A DNA stretch of 64,000 nucleotides from Octopus sinensis (GCF_006345805.1 NC_043001.1:130820001-130884000), one strand, 5' to 3'. Shown: positions 28,991-42,848, numbered from the stretch's first letter. Numbers and translations: made by a program. The notes: generated by a model from the sequence alone, not told the origin.

Positions 28991-29990
28991 TAAATTTTAA
29001 ATGGTTCTCTCTTTAAATACAACAAACATAGAAGATACAAATTACAACTCTGTATATTTATAAGGTTTATAATTTAGCGTAATTCGCATAAATTTTCATT
29101 TGATAAGTAAATATACAAAACAAAATGATACGTTTGATGCTAGAAGAAGAACGGAAAAAAGAGAAACCTATTTAAAATAATATATCAAAGTAAAACAATG
29201 ATTTCAATTACTATTTTTTTTTCTTTTTATTAATATTGTTGTTATTCCTTTCTTGTATATGATTAGCGAATGGATGATTTGAAATGAAGTGAAAATAAAA
29301 ATAATATTGTTACATTTTGTTGCGGTCATATTAGCTACATATTAAATAAATGCATCACTGATTTTATACCTTTATTCCTGTTTTATAGTTATTAGCATCA
29401 AATTATTTTGCCATATATCTATAACCTAGTCATTGATACTCTATTACACACAATTTCTGATACTCGAATGAAATTAATATTGTTAATAATTTACTTTTTT
29501 CTTTCTTTTTTTTTTCTTGTTTTTATTTTGTATATAAAACCTGTCAGGAAATCAAAATAGAAAATGTAGGAAGTATTCATTTTTTAAGCAAAACAGGTGA
29601 GAAGAAGTATTTGATACGAAGAGTAAACAATGTCCCAGCGCTCTGTTGTTTACAATGATGTGTGTTGCAGATGATTCAGTCAACAGAACATTTTGCTCCT
29701 GAAATTAACATAAGTGGTTGAGCACTCCATAGACACTCATACTTCTTAATGTAGTTCTCAGGGATATTTAGCCTGACACAAAATGTGACAAGGCCGGCCC
29801 CTTTGAATAACAGGTACAACTTGTTTTTGCCAGCAAAGTGAAATAAAGTGTTTTGCACAAGGACGCAACACTCTGTTGGGAATTGAACTCACAACCTGTT
29901 GGTCATGAGCTGAATAACCAAACCACAAAGTCATGTACTTTCACAGAGTAAGCAAAAACAACAAAAAGTAGGAATAAAACATTGACTTAC

Positions 29991-30144
29991 CTTAATTTCA
30001 TTCTTGAATCTTTCTGGATTCTTAATATTAGCAACATCTTCTTGACCACAGAAAAAAACAATTACATTGAAGATAATTCTTAGAAAGTTTCCAATGTGGC
30101 AATCAGAGATGGAATAGTCATCGGTAATTAGTATCAAAGTGATG
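29991..30144 (-). CDS. fuz: Internal exon of Fuzzy (planar cell polarity effector / CPLANE component, first longin domain)
   Basis: Acceptor TTTTCTTTATTTTCTTTGTGCAG and donor AAG|GTAAGT enclose 154 bp (1 nt + 51 codons) encoding ITLILITDDYSISDCHIGNFLRIIFNVIVFFCGQEDVANIKNPERFKNEIK. This aligns without gaps to the human FUZ segment as recalled, ITLIVLSSEVGISELRLERLLQMVFGAMVLLVGLEELTNIRNVERLKKDLR. Confidence 0.88.
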
Positions 30145-30347
30145 CTGCACAAAGAAAATAAAGAAAAAACAATTTTTTAAAAAGTTAGTTTGTTCAAAGA
30201 AAACTGAAACTACAAAGAAAAGAAAATATAAAGCAGGTGCTGTTTAACTGCCCCACCCAACCATATCAGGCATAATTGAGCAGGCTTACGATCAAATGAG
30301 TTCATCTGTGACAATTTGTCTTTTGTATAAATACATATTATAAGTGC

Positions 30348-30737
30348 GTGGAGGCGCAATGGCCCAGTGGTTAGGGCAGCGGACTCGCGGTCGTAGGATT
30401 GCGGTTTTGATTCCCAGACCGGGCGTTGTGAGTGTTTATTGAGTGAAAACACCTAAAGCTCCACAAGGCTCCGGCAGGGGATGGTGGCGATCCCTGCTGT
30501 ACTCTTTCACCACAACTTTCTCTCACTCTTACTTCCTGTTTCTGTTGTACCTGTATTTCAAAGGGCCAGCCTTGTCACTCTCTGTGTCACGCTGAATATC
30601 CCCAAGAACTACGTTAAGGGTACACGTGTCTGTGGAGTGCTCAGCCACTTACACGTTAATTTCACGAGCAGGCTGTTCCGTTGATTCAGATCAACCGGAA
30701 CCCTCGTCGTCGTAACTGATGGAGTGCTTCCAAAAAA
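30348..30737 (+). mobile_element. SINE C (full length) inserted at the head of an old SINE A
   Basis: TSD ATTATAAGTGC at 30337-30347 and 30738-30748. A degraded SINE A follows to about 31130. Confidence 0.9.
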
Positions 30738-33064
30738 ATTATAAGTGCAGGCACAGCCGTGTGGTGAGATTTATGCTTCCTTAATACACATTTCTGGGTT
30801 CAGTATCACTGCATGGCACCTTGAGCAAGTGTCTTCTACTATAGTACTGGGCTAATCAAAGCTTTGTAAGAGGATCTGGTATTCAGAAACTGAAAGAAGC
30901 CTGTCAAATATATGTATGTGTATGTGTGCATCTTTGTATGTGTTTGTTACCCACCACCCCCACCATCACTTGACAACTGGTGTTGGTGTGTTTATGTCCC
31001 CTGAAACTTAGTAATTTGGTTAAAGAGACCAATGGTGTAACTACCAGGGTTTAAAAAAATATGTACTGGTGTTAATTCATTTGACAAAAGTCCTTCACAG
31101 TGGTGCCCTGTCATGGCTGCAGTCTGATAAATGATACATACATGCATAGATATAGTGTTAGATATACAATGTCTGAGAAAAAGATGGGATACTGATGAAT
31201 GGTAAGCCTCTGAGAAGTCTGGCACTATGTAACAAGAACCACAAGAAGAACATCTATTTAAGAAGATAGTGGATTTGCAATACACATGGTATAGCCTAGG
31301 CATAAAACTTAGAAATGAACTGGTAACACCAACTAGCAAACTTGATGGAAATACCTGTAAGATGCTTGCCAAGATTTTTCAAAAATAATGGGAAGGAATA
31401 AAAGAGAAAAAAAAAAAGGGAAATGGGAGAAACTTGAAGTAAACAACACAGCAAACACATATTCTTGGTCAAGATAGTCTTTGCATGAAATTTGAATGCA
31501 GACATGGCTGAGTTCATCTAAGCCACAACCACGACTATGTAGTTAAGAGATTTCCTTCACAACTCTGTGATTTCTGATTCCTTTTCTATGTGCAGTACCT
31601 TGGGTGTGACCTCTACCATTGTAACCAAGCCTTCTCATGTGGTACCAAATTCGAAACCATGTGATTACAGAGGGAACTTTGGAACATTATGGTCATGCCT
31701 GCACCTTTAGCCATACCTGTACCTATTCTACTTGTCTCACAGAAAATTAAAAAAGATGCAAAATAAAAGTTAGATGCACTCTGTCTGAAACCACTAACAA
31801 CAAGGTAGTCATAGTCTGCCATCATATACAAATTCCATCTGCTCTGATACTTTTGTTGATGGAAACGTTCTCCCCAATGCTTTTCCCTGACTCCTAATAA
31901 AATATATAAATTGTAATGAACAGTTGTACTAAATTTCACATGTAAACAATACAATATTCTGGAATATCTGGGAAATTGCAAACATTGTGGGGTTTACATA
32001 TCAAGAAATCTAGAAATGATGATAAAAAATGGATTCCATTTTACGATTCAGCATATCAAAACCCCTTCAAATCAGGTAAAAACATCCTAACAAACCTGCT
32101 GAGTTGTGTAATATAAACTTGTGTTTATTCTTATTTTTCATATATATATGTGTGTGTGTGTGAATACAGGGTGGCCCAACAGCCACAAAGGTGTTAAAAA
32201 TTCAATTATGGTATTTTAGATTTAGGCCGTTGCCAGCGCCGACCCGACTGGCCTCGTGTCAGTGGCACGTAAAAAGCACCATCCGTTCGTGGCCGTTGCC
32301 AGCCTCGCCTGGCCCCCGTGCCATCCAATCGTGGCCGTTTGCCAGACTTGTCTGACACCTGTGCTGGTGGCACGTAAAAAGCACCCACTACACTCACAGA
32401 GTGGTTGGCGTTAGGAAGGGCATCCAGCCATAGAAACATTGCCAGATCAGACTGGGCCTGGTGCAGCCTTCTGGCTTCCCAGACCCCAGTTGCACCGTCC
32501 AACCCATGCTAGCATGGAAAGCGGACGCTAAACGATGATGATGATAACTTAGAACCACATACAGTATACACACACACACACACACATATATATACACACA
32601 CACACATATACATACACACACACATATATATACATATGCGCACACATATATATACATACGCACATAACACATACACACACACAAGCACATATATTAAACT
32701 GATACATATCCCTGTGTTGCACATGGTGAACCATGTGGCATGTGTATATTTAAGCAAAATGTATGCATATTGATCAAAAGTTTTTAACAATCACACTATT
32801 CAATTAATTTTATACTTAATTCTAATATTGGAAGCTTTCAAATATGGTCAATGTTAATAGAACTTTTACTTTTAGATAAAATTTTATATTAAGTCTTTAT
32901 GTGAACAGTGATTTGGGGTTTTATTTAGTCCCAGATTATATAAAAGAAGAAAATAACAAACTGTTGTGCATCATTGACTTAGTTCTCAATTCATGCTCAA
33001 AAGTAAACAAGTTCTATTGATGAACATCTTATCATTTTGTCAAGCACAGATTCTTTTCTTTTCA

Positions 33065-33618
33065 CCCTTTTCAAGCCTAGCCAGGCTCATGGGCCTGGTT
33101 TCCCGGTTTCTGTGGTGTATGTATTCCCCCCAGCTAGATGGGACGCCAGTCCATCACAGCATTACTCAAGAAACAGGAAGAGAGAGTGAGAGAAAGTTGT
33201 GGTGAAAGAGTACAACAGGAGTCGCTACCACCCCCTGCCAATGCCTCGTGGAGCTTTTAGGTGTTTTCGCTCAATAAACACACACAACGCCCTATCTGGG
33301 AATCGAAACCGCGATCCTCTGACCATGAGTCCGCTGCCCTAACCACTGGCCATTGCACCTCCACAAAATATATGTGCCTTTTTTAAAGCCTAGCCAGGCT
33401 CATGGGCCCGGTTTGCCCGTTTTAAATGACGTATGTGTTCCCCAGCTAGACGGGATGCCAGTCCATTGCAGCGTTACTCATTTTTGCCAGCTGAGTGGAC
33501 TGGAGCAATGTGAAATGAAGTATTTTGCTCAAGAACACAATGCATCGCCTGGTCCAGGAATCGAAACCACAATCTTATGATCATGATGCTGACACCCTAA
33601 CCACTAAGCCACACGCTC
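33065..33618 (-). mobile_element. Two adjacent SINEs sharing the same 3' module (C head + V-like tail; E head + V-like tail)
   Basis: Both contain AAGCCTAGCCAGGCTCATGGGCC...CCAGCTAGAYGGGAYGCCAGTCCAT but join different tRNA heads. Confidence 0.7.
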
Positions 33619-34947
33619 CACCAAGCGCAATTTACTGCTGATTAAATCATCCAATGTGATATGTCTTTAACTAACTTTAAATGGTAAGGGTGTAGTTCAA
33701 GGGAGATATTGTTATTACACTTAGCAAATCAAGAGGCCATAGCATAACAATCTATAGTGTGGTAACAGCTCATGGCTGTGTGGTAAGAAGCTTGCTGCCC
33801 AACCACATGGTTCCAGGTTCACTCTCAGTGCATAACAACTTGGGCAAATGTCTTCAACTATAGCCTCGGGCTGGCCAAAGCCTTGTGAGTGGATTTGGTA
33901 GATGGAAAATAAAAGGAGCCTGTCATGTGTGTGTGTGTATGACTTTGTGTATGTGGGCCTCTGTCATCACTTGACAAGTGGTGTTGCTGTGCTTACATCC
34001 CTATGATTTAATGGTTCAGCAAAAGAGACTTAGAAAAACAAGTCCTGGGGTCAATTTGTTCAACTATGGCAGTGCCCCAGTGTGGCCACAGTCAAATAAC
34101 TGAAACCAGTAAAAGATAGAAGATGTGTGTGTATATGTGTGTGTGTGTGTTCATAATATAGTTTGGACTCTCCTATCATTAGACAATGGATGGAGGTTCC
34201 GCAATTTTTTTGCTGAACAACCACACATAATTTGTTTATAGTGATTAAATGGTTATGTTCACACATGTCCACTTGCTCCATTAAATTGACATTGCCTCTA
34301 CAACTACACAAGTGTGCCACAAGTGATATGTTGAAATGATCGCAGAGTAACGGGAAATGAAGTGTTTTGCTCAAGAACAAAACTCACCGTTCTAACCAGG
34401 AATTGAAATCACAATCTCACAATCATGAGTACAATATCCTTACCACTGAGCCATGAACCTTCACTATACACACACACACACACACATATATATAGAGAGA
34501 GATAGGCGGCTAGCTGGCAGAAACGTTAGCACGCTGGACGAAATGCTTTGCGATGTTTCGTCTGCCGCTGTGTTCTGAGTTCAAATTCCGCCAAGGTCGA
34601 CTTTGCCTTTCATCCTTTCGAGGTCGATAAATTAAGTACCAGTTATGCACTGGGGTCGAATGTAATCGACTTAATCCCTTTGTCTGTCTTGTTTGTCCCT
34701 CTGTGTTTAGCCCCTTGTGGGTAGTAAAGAAATATATATATAGAGAGATAGATAGATATATATAGACAAACAGACAGACAGATAGATAGATAAATAGATA
34801 GTTTTAAGAGACAGAATCTGATTATGTCTCTTAAACCTATCTATATATATGTATATAATACAGTGAGTAATCCATTTTGGTACCACTAAATTGATCTTCT
34901 CTCCCCTGTGGACTCAGAAATAACTTCCCTAATATTAATATATATAT

Positions 34948-35373
34948 AGGCGCAGGAGTGGCTGTGTGGTAAGTAGCTTGCTAACCAACCACATGGTTCC
35001 GGGTTCAGTCCCACTGCGTGGCATCTTGGGCAAGTGTCTTCTGCTATAGCCCCGGGCCGACCAATGCCTTGTGAGTGGATTTGGTAGACGGAAACTGAAA
35101 GAAGCCTGTCGTATATATGTATATATATAAATATGTATGTCTGTGTTTGTGTGTCTGTGTTTGTCCCACTAGCTTTGCTTGACAACCGATGCTGGTGTGT
35201 TTACATCCCCGTCACTTAGCGGTTGGGGAAAAAGAGACAGATAGAATAAGTACTGGGCTTACAAAGAATAAGTCCTGGGGTCGATTTGCTCGACTGAAGG
35301 CGGTGCTCCAGCATGGCCGCAGTCAAATGACTGAAACAAGTAAAAAAGAGTAAAAAAAAAAAGAGTAAAGAGT
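34948..35373 (+). mobile_element. tRNA-derived SINE, family A (full length)
   Basis: A box TGGCTGTGTGG, B box GGTTCAGTCCC, CORE-like CTTGGGCAAGTG and (AAAAGAGT)n tail. Other plus-strand copies at 33765-34120, 40022-40457 and 63718-64000. Confidence 0.88.
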
Positions 35374-35730
35374 ATATATATATATTAATTTCATTTGCAT
35401 TTCTAGCGTGATCCTGTCCACCCTTTCATCCTTCCAGTCTGCATCCTCTGATGATGATTTCATTAACTTTGCTGTTTTTATCATATTTCTTTTTATGATG
35501 ATTATATAAGTGGAGGTGGTTTATGATGGTAGGGCAAGGGTTCGTAGTGATGTTTAACAGTAGCAGTGGTATGGTGCTTGCAATGGTCATTTATTTTGTT
35601 CTGAATATCACAATTAGTAAAAAAATGAGTCACAGCAGAGTTCCTCAATTTAGAAGAGGGAGAAAGAATTTTTTTCTGATATATATGTATACATATAACA
35701 GAAAAAATTCTCATGTGTATATATATATAC

Positions 35731-35772
<42 letters not shown>

Positions 35773-36275
35773 AATATATATATATATGCATACATATATA
35801 TATGATTTTTTTATACTTCAAATAAAAGTGTATGAAAGACTCAAAAGACACAAACCATTCCTCTATGTTTCGTTGAATTGTCATTCCGCCATTGTTCCTA
35901 TTTGATTCCACCCCTTGCCTACCTTTAACTGTACTAGTCATAATCATTAATGAAATGATCATCATCACCATTACCTTCATCATCGTCATCATCATCATCA
36001 ATGTCATCTTTTCTGTCATTGTCATCATTGCCATTACAGCACCGACACCCTCCATATCCTCAAAAGTTTAACACAGGACATTATTATATCATGGTCATTA
36101 TACAGAGAGCACAAATGAAGATTGTATATGTGTGTGTATGTATGCATATATATATACACACACACATACAATGTATGTATATATAAATGTACACATACAC
36201 ACATGTATATATGTATGCATAAATAAATACATACACATGCATGCATATATCTACACACATTCACATATATATATA

Positions 36276-36309
<34 letters not shown>

Positions 36310-36434
36310 CATACATACATTCATATATACATACATTCATATATACACACATTCACATATATATATATACATATATATATACACATTTATATATAAATAC
36401 ACACACACATATATATGTATGCATGTATGTATGT

Positions 36435-36468
<34 letters not shown>

Positions 36469-38107
36469 CATTATTTTCACTCAACAAAAATAAATATATA
36501 TGAGTGAACAGAAATGTGTATCTGTTTGGGAGATAATTTATATGAAGATAGTGAGACAGATCTCTGCATTTAATTGTATGAGTTTTTGAGTGTGTGTGTG
36601 TGCATGTGTGTGCATGTGTATGCACGCATGAATGTATGTATATATGTATGAATATATGTATGTATGTCACAGAGACTGGAAGACAAAGAGAGAATGTCTG
36701 AGTTTGAATATTCATTTGTGTGTGTATATATATTTGACCATGTGAGTGTCTGTGTTTGTGTGTACACATGTACACTCTTATAGTTGAATGTTTATGTATG
36801 TATGTATGTATGTATGTATTTGAATGAAAGTATGGGTAAGATCAGAGTGGTAGTTTAAATATGTACATATACTATTTCCCTCTCTCCTGGTTCCCTCTTT
36901 CTTTCTCTCCCCCTCTCTTTCTGCCACCCCCCCTCTTCTCTTAATTATTTTTCCTCTATCAATAGTGCTTATGAGGAAGTTAGTGGTGTGCACTAGAGAC
37001 TATTGAAAAGTCATATACATTCATATATATATACTCACACACATAAATGTATTTATGTATATGTGTATATATAATTAAATGCATTTATATATATATATAT
37101 ATGTGTGTGTGTGTATGTATGTGTACATATATGTCTGTGTGTGTGAATAGATATTTATATTTTAATATGAACAGAAGCATATACACAAACCCACGCATAC
37201 ACATACTCAGAAGCACACATATATATACATATATATATGTATCATGTATATGTATGTATTTATATGGAAGTTACAGTTATTGATTAGAATGAAAGAGGAC
37301 AATGGAAAATCACCTTGCTTACATAGATTAATAAAATAGCTTACAGTTTATTTTTCTGCTTTTTCATATTATGAAATAAAAGCTTCATTGAAAGATACAA
37401 TACTAAACAATATCACACACGTACACAACACAAAACATTGAATACACATCACACTCACAATGATGATAGGAAAAAAAATAAAATAAAACATGAAAAGGAA
37501 AAAAAAAAAACAATAACAATAATGAATATATAAATAAATAATAGCATGAAAAGAGAAAGAAAAAATAACAGTACAATGAACCTATAATAATAAAAAAAAA
37601 GAAAGAGTAGTTGTGGTAATAATATTGTTGTTGCTGCTGTTGTTGTAATAGTTATGTTCATCAATGGGTTAGTCAAACCTTTGTCATGAGAAATTTTGAA
37701 TGAGGAAATTATTAGCTAGTTCTAAAAGGTAATGTTGTGGTGATGGAGTGAGAGAGTGCGAGAGAGAAAGGAAAGAGAGGGCTTAGCAGATGAGAAAGAG
37801 AGAGAGAGTGAAAGAGTGACAGAAAAAAAAGGGAGATAGGTAAGAAAAGAGAGACAGTATGAGAGGGAGACAGACAGACAGACAGAGAAACAGGCTTTAG
37901 AATTGAAGGTTCAAGTTATGTCAGGTTCAACTTTATCGTTATTTATTATTATTAAGATAGGTGTTGGGATACAAGGAAATAATAACAGCAGGTGGGGGGG
38001 GAGCTTGGCATGGGGGGAGGACTGTGTAGTGGTGGTGGTGGTGGTGGTGGTGGGAAAGTTGTGTATTTAATTTAATTTTAACTCATTTCATTTTATATCA
38101 TGCCATG

Positions 38108-38173
38108 TCAAGTCATGTCATTTTTCGTTTTCGTTTCCAATTTTTTCGGTTTCCCAATAAAGTCCTCTGATTT
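38108..38173 (-). CDS. Candidate terminal exon of an unidentified minus-strand transcript (frame unknown)
   Basis: Strong acceptor (T-rich tract ending TTTCCCAACTTTCCAG). All three frames stay open for about 55-65 nt and then close in TGACATGACTTGA. About 2.7 kb of transposon-free, UTR-like sequence follows. Confidence 0.3.
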   Translation of the reverse strand, partial: KSEDFIGKPKKLETKTKNDMT

Positions 38174-38584
38174 CTGGAAAGTTGGGAAAAAAATATAAAG
38201 GAGGGATCCTATCTAGAGTCTGTGTGTGTGTGTGTGTGTGGTGGGGGGTAATGGTCATGATGGTCGTGATGGAAAGAAGGCGGTCTAAGAGAGTGAGTCA
38301 TTTGAACTTGAATCAAGGAAAGGATTGGTGTATCTGTTGATAACAAATATTGTGGGTCCTGTCTGAAAGAAAGGTCCCCAAAACTTATTATGTAGCCAAT
38401 GGCTTACTTGTGTTCTACTGTTTGAGGAGTTTTAGCAAAAGAACATAAATATAGCTTAAATTCTGCATTATTTTGAAGGATATTTTATATTGTGCATTAA
38501 TGCAGAGATGTAATTTATTTATTCATCATCATCATCATCATTATCATCATCATCATTTAACATCCACTTTGTTCTAGAAGGTAA

Positions 38585-39225
38585 TGTCGTGGTGATGGCT
38601 CAAGCACAGCGTTTCTCCAAAGGTCTTGGTTGCTTGTCATTGTCTCTGTAAGGCCCAACGTCTGAAGGTCATACTTCACCACCTTATCCCATATCTTCCT
38701 GGGTCTACCTCTTTCACAGGTTCCCTCCATTGTTAAGGTGTGACACTTCACCCAACTGTCCTCATCCATACACAACACATGACCATACTAGTGCAGTCAC
38801 ATCTGATACACACCACATCTGATGCTTCTTATGTCCAACTTTTCTCTCAGTGTGCATACACTCTGTTGTGTACGGACACTGACATTACACATCCAGTGGA
38901 GCACATTAGCTTCATTTCTTCCAGGCCTACACATGTCCTCATCAGTCACAACCCATATTTCACTGCCATGTAGCATGGCTGTTCACACACATGCATTAAA
39001 CAGTCAACCTTTCACTCTGAGCAAGAAGCCCTTTGTTACCAGCAGAGGTAGGGGCTCTCTGAACTTTACCCATGCTATTCTTATTCTAGTGGCTATGCTC
39101 TCAGAGCATCTACCCCCATTACTGACTTGGTCATCTAGGTAATGGAAGCTTCCAACTGCTTCTAGTTTTTTTCCCCGGCATGTGATGTAATCTGTTTTCT
39201 GTACATCTTCAGTTATAAATCATTT
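38585..39225 (-). mobile_element. RTE-clade LINE 3' ORF relic
   Basis: Same family as 9260-9930. Minus-strand translation MDEDSWVKCHTLTMEGTCERGRPRKIWDKVVKYDLQTLGLTETMTSNQDLWRNAVLE. Confidence 0.88.
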
Positions 39226-40650
39226 ACCTGTTTTTAAGTTACAAAACAATTTGTCACAGTATTAGAATTTTTTTATTCATCATCATCATCATCATCGTTT
39301 AACGTCCATTCTCCATGCTAGCATGGGTTGGACGGTTCGACTGGGGATGTGGGAAACCAGAAGGCTGCACCAGGCTCCAGTCTTATCTGGCAATGTTTCT
39401 ACAGCTGGATGCCCTTCCTAACGCCAACCACTCCGTGAGTGTAGTGGGTGCTTTTTACGTGCCACCCGCACAGGTGCCAGGCAAGGCTGGCAACGGCCAC
39501 GGTCGGATTGGTGCATTTTACATGCCACCGGCATGGAAGCCTGTCAAGGCGGCGCTGGCATCGGCCACTATTCGGATAGTGCTTTTTACGTAGCACCAGT
39601 CCAGGGGTCCTGGCATCTGCCAGGTGCCAGTCATAGGATTGGTTCAATTTCGATTCCGATTTCGATTTCACTTGCCCCAACATGTCTTCGCAAGCAAAGG
39701 GGTTTGGCATGGGTGCCTGTCGTCAGATGAGGTTCGATATCGACTTCGTTTGCCTCAACAGGTCTTTGTGTCCAAGGGAGGAAAGGCATGCATAAGTGGG
39801 CTGGGCTCACTTGTCCTGCCTGGTCTTCTCATGTACAGCATCCAACTATTTCTCTGTCTTTTATAACTTTATATATATATTAGCAACAGAGGCAATATTA
39901 ATACAGAAAGGTAATACTTATCACCACTTAAACGTGGATTTTCTATTAGAACAAATTATACTAAAGGCACCCGTACTGGTGACACTTAAATGGCATTCAT
40001 GCCAGCAATATGTACAGATATAGGCGCAGGAGTGGCTGGGTGGTAAGTAGCTTGTTTACCAACCACATGGTCCCGGGTTCAGTCCCACTGCATGGCACCT
40101 TGGGCAAGTGTCTTCTACTATAGCCCCGGGCCGACCAAAGCCTTGTGAGTGGATTTGGTAGATGGAAACTGAAAGAAGCCCGTCGTATATATGTATATAT
40201 ATATATATATGTTTATATATATATATGCGTGTGTGTGTTTGTGTGTCTGTGTTTGTCCCCCTAGCATTGCTTGACAACCGATGCTGGTGTGTTTATGTCT
40301 CCGTTACTTAGCGGTTCGGCAAAAGAGACCGATAGAATAAGTACTGGGCTTACAAGAGAATAAGTCCCGGTGTCGAGTTGCTCGATTAAAGGCGGTGCTC
40401 CAGCATGGCCGCAGTCAGATGACTGAAACAAGTAAAAGAGTAAAAGAGTAAAAGAGAGACATCCAATACACTTTGAGGAGTGGTTGGCATTAGGAAAGGC
40501 ATCAAGTCATAAAAACCAAGCCAAAAGAAGTCTGGATCCTGGTGCAGCTCTCTAGCTTACCATCTCCACTCAAACAGTCACATGTATGTCAGCATGGAAA
40601 AGAGAGGTGAATATATATATATATACATATATATATAAATATATATATAA

Positions 40651-41058
40651 AAGAATTTTTTGTGTAATAGGATAAAAAAACTGAGGCTGTGTAGATATTA
40701 GAGCAATTATAGATAGAAGGTCTTACAGCTTTTTCTAGGATATTTATTAATAATATCCCTTCATCTGAGACAGTGTGAGAGGATAGTTAAGTCACACCAT
40801 CTCCGATGACAGGATATAGTTAATAAATGTCCTAGAAACAGCTGTAAGACCTTCTATCTATAAATGCTCTAATATCTACACAGCCTTGGTTTTTTTATCT
40901 TATTATGCAAAAAATTCTTATATACATACGCTGACATAGAACCAAAGTTGAACCCTTTATTCGCAATATCACTGAATCTGGAACTTAACTATGGTCTGTC
41001 TATAGCACTTATTCAGCATTACCTGACACCTTTGGGTCCCAGCAACACCATTATCTCT
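40651..41058. mobile_element. Palindromic hammerhead element, family H3
   Basis: Inverted repeat at 40651-40919 plus a one-sided tail. The plus arm reads atct-CCGATGA-caggatat...atgtccta-GAAAC-agct-GT-A-agac. A centre-deleted relative lies at 5130-5312. Confidence 0.7.
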
Positions 41059-41241
41059 TTTATATATATATATATTATATATATATATATATATATCATC
41101 ATCATCATCATCATTTAGCGTCCGTTTTCCCTGCTAGCATGGGTTGGACGGTTCAACTGGGGTCTGTGAAGCTGGAAGGCTTCATCAGGCCCAGTCAGAT
41201 CTGGCAGTGTTTCTACGGCTGGATGCCCTTCCAAACGTCAA

Positions 41242-41300
<59 letters not shown>

Positions 41301-41347
41301 TATACATATATATAACATATATATATAAATATATATGTAAATATATG

Positions 41348-41402
<55 letters not shown>

Positions 41403-41407
41403 GTATT

Positions 41408-41459
<52 letters not shown>

Positions 41460-42005
41460 CAAAAGGCATATGGCTAAGTGGTTAAGCCACAGCACTCATG
41501 ATCGCAAGGTTATGATTTCAATTCCTGATGTGTTTGGTTGATGTTCTTGCACAAAATATTTCATTTCACATTGCTCCAGTCCACTCAACTGGCAAAATGA
41601 ATAATCCTACAATGGACCAGCAACCTGTCATGAGAAAGGAAGTTGCACACTGCAGAATCTAGGAAACCAGCCTTATCAGCCTATGGCTCAGGTAAGTCCT
41701 TTGATCCTTTCCCTTTTTATATCATTGTTTAACATGCTGGTTTGGATGGGAGAGTTCAAGAGGATCCAACAAGTTAGAGGATAGCATATACACACACATA
41801 CACATACACACAGCACACACAGACACATGCATGCATGCACACACATGTGCAATACTGGCTTCTATATCGTCTCTGTCAACCAAATTTCACTTGCAAGGTA
41901 TTGGTCAACTAGTAGTAGAAAACTCTTGCCTTAGGTATTACACTGCAGAACCAAATCTGGAGCCACATACAGGCAAAGTGGGCCTCATACAGTCATGACT
42001 ATGTC

Positions 42006-42036
<31 letters not shown>

Positions 42037-42848
42037 GGATACATATACATATATATAACATATATATATATATATATACATCATCATTGTTTGACATCCA
42101 TCTTCCATGTATGCATGGGTAGGACAGTTGACAGGAGCTGGCCAGGTAGAAAACTATCCTAGGCTACTTTGTCCATTTTGGCAGAGTTTTTACAGCTGGA
42201 TGCCCTTCTTAACACCAACCACTCCATAGAGTGGACTCAGTGCTTTTTACATGGCACTAGCACAAGCAAGGTTAGTTCTGGTATGGTTTTGACAGCTGGA
42301 TGCCCTTCCAAATACCAACCACTTTACATACATATATATATATATATATATACATACATGTGTGTGTATACATATACACCATGCCAGTATGGAATCTTTT
42401 ATACTCTAGGCACAAGGCCCTAGATTTTGGGGAAGGGGAGCAATTGATTAGATCGACCCCAGTAAGTAACTGGTATGTCATTTATCGACTCCGAAATGAT
42501 GAAGGGTAAAGTCGGCCTTGGCGGAATTTGAACTCAGAACGTAAAGGCAGACGAAATACTGCCATGCATTTCCCCCAGTGTGCTACAGTTTCTGCCAGCC
42601 TGCTCCCTTTATGCCAGTATGGAATCTAGCCACTAAATGATGATGATCATGATGATGATGTATTCAAATGTATGTATATGTGTGTTGCTGTTCAAGGCAA
42701 TTGCTAATGTTATATCTCATACTCTGAGTATAAGTGACATTCCCCACTTCATACACTCACTTCCTGGCACCCCTGCCCCTCCCTCACCCACCTACTTTGA
42801 AGAGCTATTCTGATGCTTCATCACAGCTTTTATCACCTCAGACTCTGT

